Origin: Acidocella sp.
GTDB lineage: Bacteria; Pseudomonadota; Alphaproteobacteria; Acetobacterales; Acetobacteraceae
Reading direction: 5' to 3'
Assembly: GCF_013044125.1 (NCBI RefSeq)
Contig: NZ_JABEVC010000220.1
Span: 1-61,849 of the forward strand
DNA: 61,849 bases
The translations under genes were made by a program, and so were the position numbers. This document shows, piece after piece, positions 21,269 to 31,346 of this stretch. The number at the start of each line of letters is the position of its first letter. The stretch's first letter is position 1. The notes under the pieces were generated by a model. It searched no databases. It had not been told where the DNA came from and saw nothing but the letters and a program-made list of their open reading frames with translations.

Positions 21269-23727
21269 TGGCTCATCAGCATGGAGTTGGAGGGCATCGT
21301 CTCAGATACGGTCTGCTCGGCTTTCTTGTCGTCATGAGTTGCAAAAAGGCGCGGCGGCAGCAGGAAATAGGCCAGCGCGGGCAGCAAAATCATCGCCCCC
21401 AGCATGTTCCACAGGAACATGAAGGCCAGCAGAAGACCCATGTCCGCCTGAAATTTGATCGGCGCGAAAACCCAGGTAACAACGCCCGCCGCCAGGGTGA
21501 AGCCCGTGAGCAGAACGACTTTTCCGGTAAAAAGCAGGGTTTGATGATAGGCGTCCGACAAGCTCGCGCCGGCACGCAATTGTTTGAGGACGATGGAGAG
21601 AACGTAGAGCGCATAATCCACGCCGATGCCAACACCCAAAGCAATCACCGGTAGCGTCGCCACCTTGATGCCGATATGCAGCATCACCATGAGCGCTTGC
21701 GCGAGGGTGGAAGTGAGCATCAGGGGCAGAACCGCGCACAGCACGGCGCGCCAGGAGCGGAAGGCAATGAAGCAGAAGAGAATCACCGTCGCGTACACCA
21801 GATAGAGCATCTGGCTGTTCGCCTGCTCGATCACGATGTTGGTGGCGGCCGCGATACCGGCGTTGCCACCTGCCAGGGTTATCTTGAAATTCGGGCTCTG
21901 GTTCTTCGGATTATTGATGAATGTCTGGACGGCGTTGGTCACGCTCGTTAGCGTTGCTGCCTTGTGATCATTCAGGTTGACATACAGCGGCAGGAACGAG
22001 CAGCCGAAATTTTCCAGCGATCGCGGCACAAATTGCGCGAAATCGTCAATCGAGGCCTGGTTGCGCACGATGGCGTACCATTTGGGCGAATTCTCGGTCA
22101 TCAGCATGGTCGCCATCTGCGCGAAAGAGCCGATTGAACTGGTGGACTGCACCTGCGGCAGTTGATCCAGGCGCCATTCCAACGCGTTGAGCGTGTTGAC
22201 TGTTTTGAAGTTGCTGCATTGATAGGGCTGGGTATCAACCATCACGACCAGCGTGTCCGAACCGGTTGAATAATGCGAAAGGATGTAGGCGTTGTCACGG
22301 TTATACTGCGAGTTTGCGCGCAGTTCGGGCGCACCCTGGTCCAGATCGCCAACCTGCACATGGCGCCCAATGGCCCAGCCCCCTCCGCCAAGTGCGACGC
22401 CACACACCAGCGCCACCGTGGCCCAGCGGCGGCGTGTGAAATGATCGAGGAAATCCCAGAGCAGATGCTTCACCCGCCCTTCGGCGCCCTCGCTGCGCAG
22501 GCTGCGAAGGGCGGCGGTCCTGCTGACGCCGGTATAGCTCAACAGCATGGGCAGCATGATGAGATTGGTGAAAATAAGGATCGCGACGCCAACGGAGGCA
22601 ATCAGGGCCAGTTCGCGGATCGCTTCGATGCGGATGGTCATCAGCACCGCGAAGCTGGCGGCATCGCAGACCAGCGCGGCAAGGCCCGCGAGAAAGAGCC
22701 GCCGGAATGTATAGCGCGCGGCGATAAGCGGATGCGTGCCACGGCCGATATCCTGCATCACGCCGTTCATTTTCTGCGCGCCATGGCTCATGCCGATGGC
22801 GAAGATCAGAAACGGCACAAGGACGGAATAGGGATTCAGATCGAAGCCCATCAAAGGCACAAGCCCCATCTGCCAGGTTACCGCGACAAGAGAGGCGGTG
22901 ACAACCAGCGCCGTTGAGCGAACGCAGCGCGTGTACCAGAAGAGCACGATGGTCGCGATGGCAATCGAGATCAGGAAAAAGACCAGAACCTTGTTGATCG
23001 CGTTGATCATGTCACCCATGACCATGGCGAAGCCGACGATATGCAGGCTCACACCCTGCGCGGCATATTTCGCGCGGATGGCGTTCAACTCGCGGGCGAG
23101 TTGGCCATAGTTGAGTGGCTTGCCTGTGAGGTTGTTGGTTTCCATCAAAGGCACATAGATCATGCTCGAGGTGAAATCGTTCGAGACGAGCTGGCCGATT
23201 TTTCCGGTTTTTTGAATATTCTGACGCACGATGTCGAGCGCCTTTGGCGATCCGTCATACGTCTCATCGATGACGGGTCCGCCTTCCAGCCCATCAGGCG
23301 TGACCGCGAGCCAGCGGGTCGATGGTGTCCAGAGCGAGGTCATGAAAGGACGGTCCACCCCTGGCAGCAGATAAATTTCGTCGCTTATATGCTCCAGCGT
23401 CGCCAGATACTTCTTGGAAATAATACTGCCATGATCAGCCGTTACCGCAATCTCGATGGCATCGCCCTGAGATTGGAGCTCGTTATAGTGCTTGAGAAAA
23501 TTCACGATGAAAGGCTGATGCGTCGGAATCATGTTCTCGAAGCTTGCGTTGAGCTTCAACTTGTGAATTTGAAACCCCAGCGCCAGCGTGGTCAACAGGC
23601 ATAGCAGCAGCACCACGGGGCGATTATTGAACAGCAAACGCTCGAGAAGCGAGCCGGACTGACGATCGAAATCGGCGATGTCGGCGATAACTGGCGCTGG
23701 ACTTGAGTTGTGAGAAGCCAAAGCCAA
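21265..23727 (-). CDS. MMPL/RND-family inner membrane transporter
   Basis: Two TM bundles, AIGMSHGAQ and GIGVDY motifs typical of DUF1302-cluster RND proteins. Confidence 0.88.
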   Translation of the reverse strand: MALASHNSSPAPVIADIADFDRQSGSLLERLLFNNRPVVLLLCLLTTLALGFQIHKLKLNASFENMIPTHQPFIVNFLKHYNELQSQGDAIEIAVTADHGSIISKKYLATLEHISDEIYLLPGVDRPFMTSLWTPSTRWLAVTPDGLEGGPVIDETYDGSPKALDIVRQNIQKTGKIGQLVSNDFTSSMIYVPLMETNNLTGKPLNYGQLARELNAIRAKYAAQGVSLHIVGFAMVMGDMINAINKVLVFFLISIAIATIVLFWYTRCVRSTALVVTASLVAVTWQMGLVPLMGFDLNPYSVLVPFLIFAIGMSHGAQKMNGVMQDIGRGTHPLIAARYTFRRLFLAGLAALVCDAASFAVLMTIRIEAIRELALIASVGVAILIFTNLIMLPMLLSYTGVSRTAALRSLRSEGAEGRVKHLLWDFLDHFTRRRWATVALVCGVALGGGGWAIGRHVQVGDLDQGAPELRANSQYNRDNAYILSHYSTGSDTLVVMVDTQPYQCSNFKTVNTLNALEWRLDQLPQVQSTSSIGSFAQMATMLMTENSPKWYAIVRNQASIDDFAQFVPRSLENFGCSFLPLYVNLNDHKAATLTSVTNAVQTFINNPKNQSPNFKITLAGGNAGIAAATNIVIEQANSQMLYLVYATVILFCFIAFRSWRAVLCAVLPLMLTSTLAQALMVMLHIGIKVATLPVIALGVGIGVDYALYVLSIVLKQLRAGASLSDAYHQTLLFTGKVVLLTGFTLAAGVVTWVFAPIKFQADMGLLLAFMFLWNMLGAMILLPALAYFLLPPRLFATHDDKKAEQTVSETMPSNSMLMSQ

Positions 23728-23733
23728 GATTCC

Positions 23734-24819
23734 TTAATTATTTAGAAATTTAGCGGGAATAATGGAAACACCGCCGCTCCCGACCGCAACGAGATCGTTA
23801 TCCGCGGCCTGGGTGATATCATACACTGACATCGGCGGCGCATCCGGCAACTGCGTGAAACTATGGCCATGATCGCGGCTGATGAACACACGCCCGGATT
23901 CAGCCGTGACCACCAGAATGCCCGAGGGCAACAGATGCGCGCTTGTCAGATTACTGCTTGAGCCGACTGAAATCTTTGTCCAGTCCTGCCCGCCATCTTC
24001 GCTGAGCGCGGCCCGCCCCGCGACACCGCAAACAAAAATCCCGCCATCACCCGTTGGCGATACCGCAAACAGGCTGGCATCAGTCGGCTGGGTTGTCTCG
24101 GGAAAAGTTGTGCCGCCATCGGTGGAGACAAATGTTAGTCCCGTCTCGGCGGCAATGAAGATCGAATTTCCATCCGTTGCGACATCGTATAAATTATGAC
24201 TCAGCCGGTCATCAATGTGCAAGGACCAGTCCTGCCAGGTCTTGCCACCGTCCTGTGTACGCATGACCATGCGGTATGCACCGAATACCATCGCATCCTG
24301 CGGGCTTGTTGCCAGAATGGAAAAAAATGGCTTGTCCGGCCCGGCATCAAGAAAGAACTGCGCGCGGCGCATCGCCAGCGGCGCGCCCGGGCTTTGGTCG
24401 CCATCGGCCGCGGCCTGCTTCGCGGCGTCCATGGTCAACTGATTCGCCTGCAGGCCGTTCAACTGCTCCTGCCAGGTTCCGCCGCCGTCGTTCGTATGCA
24501 AAATAACGCCATAATGCCCGGCCGCCCAGCCATGCTGCGCATCAACGAAGGCAACGCAGGTCATGGTCACATCAACCGGCACCTGGGCCTGGGTCCAGCT
24601 GGTTCCGTTATCGTCAGAATAAACAATGCCGCCATGCTCGCCAGCCGCCACCAGCCGGTTGCCAGCCCGGGTGATCGCGATGAGAACGATCTTGCCGGGC
24701 GCTTTCAGCTTGATCGCCGGGGTATCAAGATCGCGGATTCCCGTGCCGGCCATCGCCAGAGTAGGCGGCGCTGCCAACAGAATACTGAATAACACACGCA
24801 GGAGACTCTTGAGAACCAA
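23734..24819 (-). CDS. YCF48/BNR-repeat beta-propeller periplasmic protein
   Basis: Repeated SxDxGxTW Asp-boxes; TTG 24819 with AAGGA RBS gives a signal peptide (ORF extends to 24870). Confidence 0.85.
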   Translation of the reverse strand: MVLKSLLRVLFSILLAAPPTLAMAGTGIRDLDTPAIKLKAPGKIVLIAITRAGNRLVAAGEHGGIVYSDDNGTSWTQAQVPVDVTMTCVAFVDAQHGWAAGHYGVILHTNDGGGTWQEQLNGLQANQLTMDAAKQAAADGDQSPGAPLAMRRAQFFLDAGPDKPFFSILATSPQDAMVFGAYRMVMRTQDGGKTWQDWSLHIDDRLSHNLYDVATDGNSIFIAAETGLTFVSTDGGTTFPETTQPTDASLFAVSPTGDGGIFVCGVAGRAALSEDGGQDWTKISVGSSSNLTSAHLLPSGILVVTAESGRVFISRDHGHSFTQLPDAPPMSVYDITQAADNDLVAVGSGGVSIIPAKFLNN

Positions 24820-24856
24820 CGCCAGGCTTCCTTTTGCAATCTTCAGAAAAACCAAA

Positions 24857-24891
24857 CCCGCGGCAACCATCGGGGCCCTGACTGCCGCGGG
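24857..24891 (-). other. Intercistronic hairpin after the DUF1329 gene
   Basis: CCCGCGGCA ... TGCCGCGGG inverted repeat. Confidence 0.45.
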
Positions 24892-24903
24892 GATAGGAGC
24901 GCC

Positions 24904-26310
24904 TTAGAAGGAGTCCTGGGCACCCAGGGTCTGGGGATTGAACGTGTTGGGCGTCAACGGCGCGAAGCTCACGGGCTCGTTGTAGGGCGCCGGCATATCC
25001 CACGCGCCGCCGCCTGAGACATATTCATCAGCCTGCAGATTATAAACCAGCGAGTTGCCATAGGCCGTGGAGGGCACATCAGGCCGCGTCTCCATGAACA
25101 TGATCTGGTGATGATACAGATTGCCCTGGGCATCGTAAGCATCGCCCAGCACGGCATGCCAAGTGTCTTCATCAACATAGAACACGCGCCGCGGCAGCAC
25201 GTTGCGCGCGCCCGGGTGGAGTGTGGCTTCAACAACCCATACGCGATGCAGCTCCCAGCGCACGATATCCGGATTCATGAAGTGCGGCTGATGTGCATTC
25301 TGCGGCGTGGAGAGGAACAGCGCGTTGTTGTTGTAGGGGATATACACTTCGCGCTTGCCGAGCAGCTTCCAGTCGTAACGATCGAGCGCACCGTAAAACA
25401 CATAATACTCGTCGTACCCGCCGATGCCATCCAGCGTGGAGGCTGGCGTGTCATACGTCAGCTCCGGCGCCTTGCGCACGCGCCCTTGCCCGGCCAGATA
25501 CTGCCAGACCTGCATCGGCTGGTTGGTGGTATTGGTGGGCTGCCACTCGATCAGCTCCTGCCCGTTGAAATTCGCCGGGGAGTAGAAATGCTCGTGATAC
25601 TGGCGAATGTAGCCGTTGTAGTTTTCAAGCGTTCCATCCGGCTGATAATATGGGCTGGTCTCAATGTTGCGGTAGCCCAGCGCCAGCGTCAGTTGCCCCT
25701 GGCTGACCACCCATGATGAAATCATGCGGTTATAATTGCAGGACTCCCAGCGGGTGTTGTGGTTCCACATCACCTGTGCTCCGGCTTCCAGCGGGTCGCT
25801 CTGGTCGGGGATCGGGAAGGGGACGCCGCCGTAGGCATCCACGAACCCGAGACGCGAGCCGCCGGGAACCGGCTTGGTGCGCAGCGCGTTCTGATAGGTA
25901 TTGTCATACACCCATTGCGGCGCGGCGGCCGTGCGATGTGTGGGATACACATCGATGCGGAACTCCGGCCACTTCTTCATCATGAACTTCACGCTCTCGC
26001 ACAGCTTGTCCTCATACTGGGCCATGTTGCTGGCGTTGATCGAAACGACCTTGGCATCGGACTTGAACATGTCCGGCATCGGCTGGGCCGGAGTCCAGCC
26101 GTCGGGCGTGGTGGTCAGTCCGCCCGTCCAGGCGGGAATCGAGCCATCGGCATTGCCGGCGCGCTCGGCGCCAAAGGGGGTGAGCGTGGTTTTCAGCTGC
26201 GCCGCCATATCCGGCGTCACGGCCGCGCGGGCCGCTTTCGGCACCGCCATACCGGCGGCAAGCGCGCTGGCACTGCTGGTCATCAGGGTATTAAAAGTTC
26301 TTCTCTTCAT
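24904..26310 (-). CDS. DUF1329 family periplasmic protein (AupB-like)
   Basis: LTPFGAERAGNADGSIPAWTGG, YPTHRTA, GVPFPIP, RWELHRVWVVEAT; twin-Arg N-terminus. Confidence 0.88.
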   Translation of the reverse strand: MKRRTFNTLMTSSASALAAGMAVPKAARAAVTPDMAAQLKTTLTPFGAERAGNADGSIPAWTGGLTTTPDGWTPAQPMPDMFKSDAKVVSINASNMAQYEDKLCESVKFMMKKWPEFRIDVYPTHRTAAAPQWVYDNTYQNALRTKPVPGGSRLGFVDAYGGVPFPIPDQSDPLEAGAQVMWNHNTRWESCNYNRMISSWVVSQGQLTLALGYRNIETSPYYQPDGTLENYNGYIRQYHEHFYSPANFNGQELIEWQPTNTTNQPMQVWQYLAGQGRVRKAPELTYDTPASTLDGIGGYDEYYVFYGALDRYDWKLLGKREVYIPYNNNALFLSTPQNAHQPHFMNPDIVRWELHRVWVVEATLHPGARNVLPRRVFYVDEDTWHAVLGDAYDAQGNLYHHQIMFMETRPDVPSTAYGNSLVYNLQADEYVSGGGAWDMPAPYNEPVSFAPLTPNTFNPQTLGAQDSF

Positions 26311-26338
26311 GCGTCGTTCCTCGCCATTTATATTTTAG

Positions 26339-27961
26339 TTAGAATGTGCGCTGGATATTGAAGGCCACATAACCGCGATCCGCCAGCGGGTTCAGGCTGG
26401 GATCAGGCCGGCCCAGATATTCCTGGTAGGTTATGCCCGCAGTCCAAACGGAACGGTAGGTTCCTGTTACACCAAAGTTAATCGTCCCCGTGCCGTGATT
26501 CATGGTCGCGTCGATCTGTGAGCGGCCAAGGAAATTATACTTGAAGCCGATCGGGAAGGAAACCGTGAGGTTGGGCAGAACCTCGTAGTAGGTTGGCGAG
26601 AACACAACGTCGAAGGCAGCACCTGTCGCATCGCGATGCGGGGTCAATTCGGCGGCGCCGGAGTCAACCGAGAGCACATGGTTCATGGCAACTTCGCCAT
26701 CAATCGTCATGCCGCCGGGGTCGAGCGGAAGGCCGGGCGAGACATAGATGAACGAGGCCTGAGCCGCCATCGTGCTGCCCTTGGCATAGAGCGCGCCGCC
26801 GTTGGCCGGGCCCACGGGGGTTGGAGTGAACGCCGCGCCGCTGACCAGAGGCATATTGCGGCGGCCCGAAATTTCACCCGCCACGTTCACCGGCCCAACC
26901 GTGGTGGACAATGCCGCGCCAAAGAGCTGAATATCGCGCGGATAAACCAGATAATAACTGCCAACGGAGTTGCTCGGCTGGCCAGGCTGCGGGCCGGTCA
27001 GGTAAAGCGATGGCGCTTTCGCATCAAAGCGTTCGGCGTAGAGGCCAACGTCATAATTGCCGTAGGTCGCCTGCACCGAGAGACCGAATTCGCCGTTATT
27101 GATCGGCGGCCGGATATCCTTGGTGCGGTACAGATACGCATTGTTGCCCGCGATCAGGCGCTGGCCGCCCTTGTCGAGGATATCGGCGCTGGAGAAGTAA
27201 GCGCCCACGCCCTGGAACGTGTCAGGCTCCCACTCGAACTGATAAAAACCCTGGATTGTATAGGTCATGTTCGGCTGATAGGTGACCACCGCCTGGCCGA
27301 CCGGCAGGAAGATCTGCTGCGCCTGGGCGTTGGGCAGGCTTTCGGCCTTGATGACATCAATCGGCGCCTGGCCGGCGGAGATGCCGTTGGTCGCAAAGAA
27401 CAGGCTCTGGCCCCAAAGCAGCGTCTGGCGGCCGAGCTTCACGGTGAGGGTCTGCTGGTCACCCCGGCCGAAGGAGGTCGAGCCATAGACGAAGGCGTCC
27501 AGCAGAACGGCGTTCTGGCCGTTGATGTTGCGCGTGGCGCTGGTGAAATCCTTATTGCTCGGCGTGGAGTAGGGATTGTAGGTCGCGGGCGAGTTGTTCT
27601 GCGTCGTGCCGAGATAAGGCGTGTCGAGATAGAACTCACCGCTGACATGCGCGCCGTAATTTCCATCCTTGATGTCAAGCACGGGCAGCAGATCAAATGT
27701 ATTGTCAACGATGCCATGGCGGAAATTCAGATCGCCATCATTGCCATTTATATTGTTCGTGAGAATGGCCGAGGGATTGTTCACGCGGTATATGGCGGAC
27801 CATTCAGCCGTCGTATCAAGGCTGATTTCCGTGCCGCCGCCATTGCTATATACATTGAACGCACAGGCAGGCGCGCCTGACATCAACAATCCGCCTAGCA
27901 GGGCCGTGCCGCCCAGCAATAGCGTCCGTAGATTATTCCCAGAATGTGGTTTGGTTATCAT
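26339..27961 (-). CDS. DUF1302 family outer-membrane beta-barrel (AupA-like)
   Basis: NDGDLNF, LLDAFVY, GRQTLLWG, QFEWEP, C-terminal DRGYVAFNIQRTF; GAGGAG RBS. Confidence 0.87.
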   Translation of the reverse strand: MITKPHSGNNLRTLLLGGTALLGGLLMSGAPACAFNVYSNGGGTEISLDTTAEWSAIYRVNNPSAILTNNINGNDGDLNFRHGIVDNTFDLLPVLDIKDGNYGAHVSGEFYLDTPYLGTTQNNSPATYNPYSTPSNKDFTSATRNINGQNAVLLDAFVYGSTSFGRGDQQTLTVKLGRQTLLWGQSLFFATNGISAGQAPIDVIKAESLPNAQAQQIFLPVGQAVVTYQPNMTYTIQGFYQFEWEPDTFQGVGAYFSSADILDKGGQRLIAGNNAYLYRTKDIRPPINNGEFGLSVQATYGNYDVGLYAERFDAKAPSLYLTGPQPGQPSNSVGSYYLVYPRDIQLFGAALSTTVGPVNVAGEISGRRNMPLVSGAAFTPTPVGPANGGALYAKGSTMAAQASFIYVSPGLPLDPGGMTIDGEVAMNHVLSVDSGAAELTPHRDATGAAFDVVFSPTYYEVLPNLTVSFPIGFKYNFLGRSQIDATMNHGTGTINFGVTGTYRSVWTAGITYQEYLGRPDPSLNPLADRGYVAFNIQRTF

Positions 27962-28186
27962 CCTTGAGCTCCTCGCTTCCCTTTTTGTTTTATATTGCAG
28001 TCTCTCTCCACCGCCCCGGTAAGAGGCAGAAGCCAAAAGAAACCGGGATCGCCGCTATCCTCCCCCGCTCCCCCAACGCCGGCCGCCCCTCGGGCGGAAT
28101 CAGCTTCATTTATTTATATAAAGAATGCCAAATAGAAAATAATATTGCAAGACATTTGTATAATGTTTTGCGCTTTTTCTGTGCGG

Positions 28187-29230
28187 CTAAGCGACGCCCG
28201 GATCGATCCTGACCATCAACTTGCCAGTATGCCCGCCACCGGGCGCAAACAGGCTCTGGAAGACGCTCAACGTGTTTTCGATCCCATCGCGCACATCAAC
28301 GTCATAAACCAGCTGGCCGGAGCGTATCCAGCCGGAGAGGGCGCTCACCGCCTCGGCCGCGCGCGGGAAATAATCAAGCACCAGGAAGCCCTCGATCGTC
28401 GCGCGGCGCATCAGGATCTTGGTCAAATCCACACCCTGCACTCGTTCCCTGGCGTTATACTGCGAAATCAGCCCGCACAGCATAACCCGGCCGCGCAGGG
28501 CGATGTTCTCGATGACGGCATTGCCGATCTCACCACCAACATTCTCAAAATACATATCAACACCGCCACCGCCATCCGCACGCGGCGGCGCCAGCTGTGC
28601 CAGACGCGCGGCTACGTCCTCATTTTTGTAGTCTATGGCTTCATCGAATCCAAACCGCGTTTTCAGATACCGGCACTTCTCAGCACCACCGGCAATACCG
28701 ATCACGCGACAGCCCATGATCTTACCGATCTGCCCAACGATGGAACCCACCGCCCCCGCCGCCGCGGAGACCACCAGTGTTTCGCCAGCCTGGGGCTTGC
28801 CAACCTCGAGAAGGCCGAAATAAGCGGTGATCCCGGTGGCGCCCAGCACGCTCATCCACGCGCTCAGCGGCACGCCCGCAACCGGCGTTACGCGCCCCAC
28901 CTCGGCAGGGGTGAAGAGATGATATTCCGCCCAGCCGCCAAGCCCTGTCACCAGGTCGCCCGGCGCGAAACCCTCCGCCGCGGAGGCCTCAACCGTGCCG
29001 ATGATGCCGCCATACATCGGCCCGCCCAGCGGTACCGGCGGCATGTAGCTCGGCTCATCCTTCATCCATAAGCGATTGGCCGGATCAAGCGACAAATATC
29101 CGGTACGCACCAGCATCTGCCCAGGCTGCACCACCGGCTTCGGCTTTTCCTCAAAGCGCAAGCACGCATCAACATCATCGCCAACCGGGCGGCGGATTAA
29201 AGTCCATTGCTTATTGGTTGCAGACATCAC
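28187..29230 (-). CDS. NADP-dependent alkenal/enone reductase (PTGR/CurA MDR family)
   Basis: YLSLDPA, GITAYFGL, VSAAAGAVGS, YFENVGG, CGLISQYN. Confidence 0.9.
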   Translation of the reverse strand: MMSATNKQWTLIRRPVGDDVDACLRFEEKPKPVVQPGQMLVRTGYLSLDPANRLWMKDEPSYMPPVPLGGPMYGGIIGTVEASAAEGFAPGDLVTGLGGWAEYHLFTPAEVGRVTPVAGVPLSAWMSVLGATGITAYFGLLEVGKPQAGETLVVSAAAGAVGSIVGQIGKIMGCRVIGIAGGAEKCRYLKTRFGFDEAIDYKNEDVAARLAQLAPPRADGGGGVDMYFENVGGEIGNAVIENIALRGRVMLCGLISQYNARERVQGVDLTKILMRRATIEGFLVLDYFPRAAEAVSALSGWIRSGQLVYDVDVRDGIENTLSVFQSLFAPGGGHTGKLMVRIDPGVA

Positions 29231-29246
29231 TAACTCCCCCTGGCCG

Positions 29247-31346
29247 TCAGATTTGCGCGCTGATCAGCGCATCGACAATAACCGCCCCCTGCCCGTCCGG
29301 GCGCACGAGGACCGGATTGATTTCAACATCACGCAGGGCAGAACCCGCCTGCATCACCATATCGGAGAGCTTCAGCATGACCTCAATCAGCGCTTCCTCA
29401 TCGGCGGGTTTGGCGCCGCGGAAACCGGTGAGCAGCGGGTGCGCCTTCAATTCCCGCAGCATCTCACAGGCAATATCGCGATTTATGGGCAGCAGGCGTA
29501 GCGAGATGTCCTTGTACAGCTCGGTCAGCACGCCACCCAAGCCCGCTGTCAGCACCGGGCCGAACACCGGGTCGCGGGTGACGCCCAGCAGCATGCCGAC
29601 ACCTTCACTAACCTGCTGCTGAACCGTCGCCCCCTCAATGCGCGCATCGGGCAGCGCCTTGCGCGCCGATTCTGTGACGCTCAGGAAAGCCTCACGCGCC
29701 GCCTCAGGCGTCTTCAAATCCAGCCGCACGCCGCCAACCTCGGTCTTGTGCAAGATATCGGCGCTCAGCACCTTCACCGCAACGGGGCAGCCAAGCTCTG
29801 CCGCCATCGCCACCGCTTCATCGGCCGTGGTGGCGATGCGCTCTTCCACCACCGGCAGACCGTAGCGCTTGAGGAATGATTTTGCCTCCGCCTCGTTCAG
29901 CGTCCTATAAGGGGCGGTGGAGAGCGGCGCATGCGGCACGGGCACCCAGCCGGGCTTGTGGGAGCGGGCCGCCCAGTCCAGATAGCCGCCGAGGGCGCGC
30001 GCCGTCTGGCCAATTTCAGGCAGCACGGCCACACCGGCCGCCTCCAGCTCCGCCACGCGTTCCGCACCGGTCGGGTCAATCGCCACCAGCAACTTGCCGG
30101 TTCTTCCTGCCGCCTCGATGAGCGCGGGGGACACCAGATCCAGCAGATAGCCCATGATATAAAAAACTATGCAATCCAGCGCATCGGTCTCGAGCAGCGC
30201 ATTCAACGCGGCGGTGAAGAAGCTGAGGTCATTGGTCACCTGCCCGGTCAGATCAACCGGATTGGTCCACATGCCATAACGCGGCAGCAGCGCCGCGAGC
30301 TTCGCCTGCACCTCCGCTGGGAGCGTGGGAATTTCCAGCCCCGCTTCGGCGAAACGGTCAGAGAGAATGGCGCACCCGGCCCCCGAGACGGAGACGATGC
30401 AGGTGCGCAGCCCGGCCGGCCGCCGGCCCGTGCGCCACAGGCGCGCGAAGTCGATGATCTGGCCAGGATCTCCGCCCACCGCCGCCCCAGCTTGGCGAAG
30501 TGCTGCCTTGTAGACAACCGCATTCCCCGCCATCGCCGCCGTGTGCGAGGCCGCCGCCTCGGCCGCCTTTTCGGAATCGCCTACTTTGAGCAGAAACAAT
30601 GGCTTGGCCTGTTCGCGCATGCGCGCGGCAGCCGCCAGAAAACGCGGGCCGTCGCGCAGCTGTTCAACATAGCCGAGCACCGCTTTTGTTCCAGGATCAT
30701 CAGCAAGATACTCAAGATATTCCGAAAACTCGACGCACGCTTCGTTGCCGGTGTTGGCAAAGCAGGAATAGCCAAGCCCGGCGCGCGCGCCCATGATCAT
30801 GAAAATAGCCGCCATGTTGCCGCTTTGCGCGATCACCCCCACCGGCCCGGCAGGCTGCGGCGTCTCAAATCCCTTCAGGAAGGTGGCGAAAAGCTGCGTG
30901 CGGAAATTGGCATGCCCCAGACAATTCGGGCCCGAGATGACCATGCCGGTCTCGCGCGCAAATTCAACCACCTCGCGCTGCAACGCCTCGCCCTGCTCGG
31001 TATGTTCCTCGGCAAAACCTGAAGCAAACAGAACGGCAGCGGGGATGCCCTTAGCATGGGCTGCGCGCAAGGTCTGCATGGTCTCGCTCGCGCGCACCGC
31101 CAGCACCGCCAGATCCGGCGTGAAGGGCAGCGAGGCGATATCAGAATGGCAGGCAAACCCCGCGATCTCGCGATAGCGCGGATTGACGAGCGCCAGCCGA
31201 TCAGGCCCAAAACCGAGGCGCAGAGCGGTATTAACCGGAATCCCCCCGGTACGCTCATAATTCTGGCTGGCCCCTACGATGACAAGAGTCTTGGCATCAA
31301 AGAGTGGACGAAGCTTGTGGGACATCGCGTTCAAATCAAACCTCAA
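29247..31346 (-). CDS. ADP-forming acyl-CoA synthetase (acetate-CoA ligase family, fused ATP-grasp)
   Basis: GPNCLG, AQSG, SHTAAMAG phospho-His, NPVDLT, HKTEVGGV, EINPV. Confidence 0.88.
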   Translation of the reverse strand: MRFDLNAMSHKLRPLFDAKTLVIVGASQNYERTGGIPVNTALRLGFGPDRLALVNPRYREIAGFACHSDIASLPFTPDLAVLAVRASETMQTLRAAHAKGIPAAVLFASGFAEEHTEQGEALQREVVEFARETGMVISGPNCLGHANFRTQLFATFLKGFETPQPAGPVGVIAQSGNMAAIFMIMGARAGLGYSCFANTGNEACVEFSEYLEYLADDPGTKAVLGYVEQLRDGPRFLAAAARMREQAKPLFLLKVGDSEKAAEAAASHTAAMAGNAVVYKAALRQAGAAVGGDPGQIIDFARLWRTGRRPAGLRTCIVSVSGAGCAILSDRFAEAGLEIPTLPAEVQAKLAALLPRYGMWTNPVDLTGQVTNDLSFFTAALNALLETDALDCIVFYIMGYLLDLVSPALIEAAGRTGKLLVAIDPTGAERVAELEAAGVAVLPEIGQTARALGGYLDWAARSHKPGWVPVPHAPLSTAPYRTLNEAEAKSFLKRYGLPVVEERIATTADEAVAMAAELGCPVAVKVLSADILHKTEVGGVRLDLKTPEAAREAFLSVTESARKALPDARIEGATVQQQVSEGVGMLLGVTRDPVFGPVLTAGLGGVLTELYKDISLRLLPINRDIACEMLRELKAHPLLTGFRGAKPADEEALIEVMLKLSDMVMQAGSALRDVEINPVLVRPDGQGAVIVDALISAQI

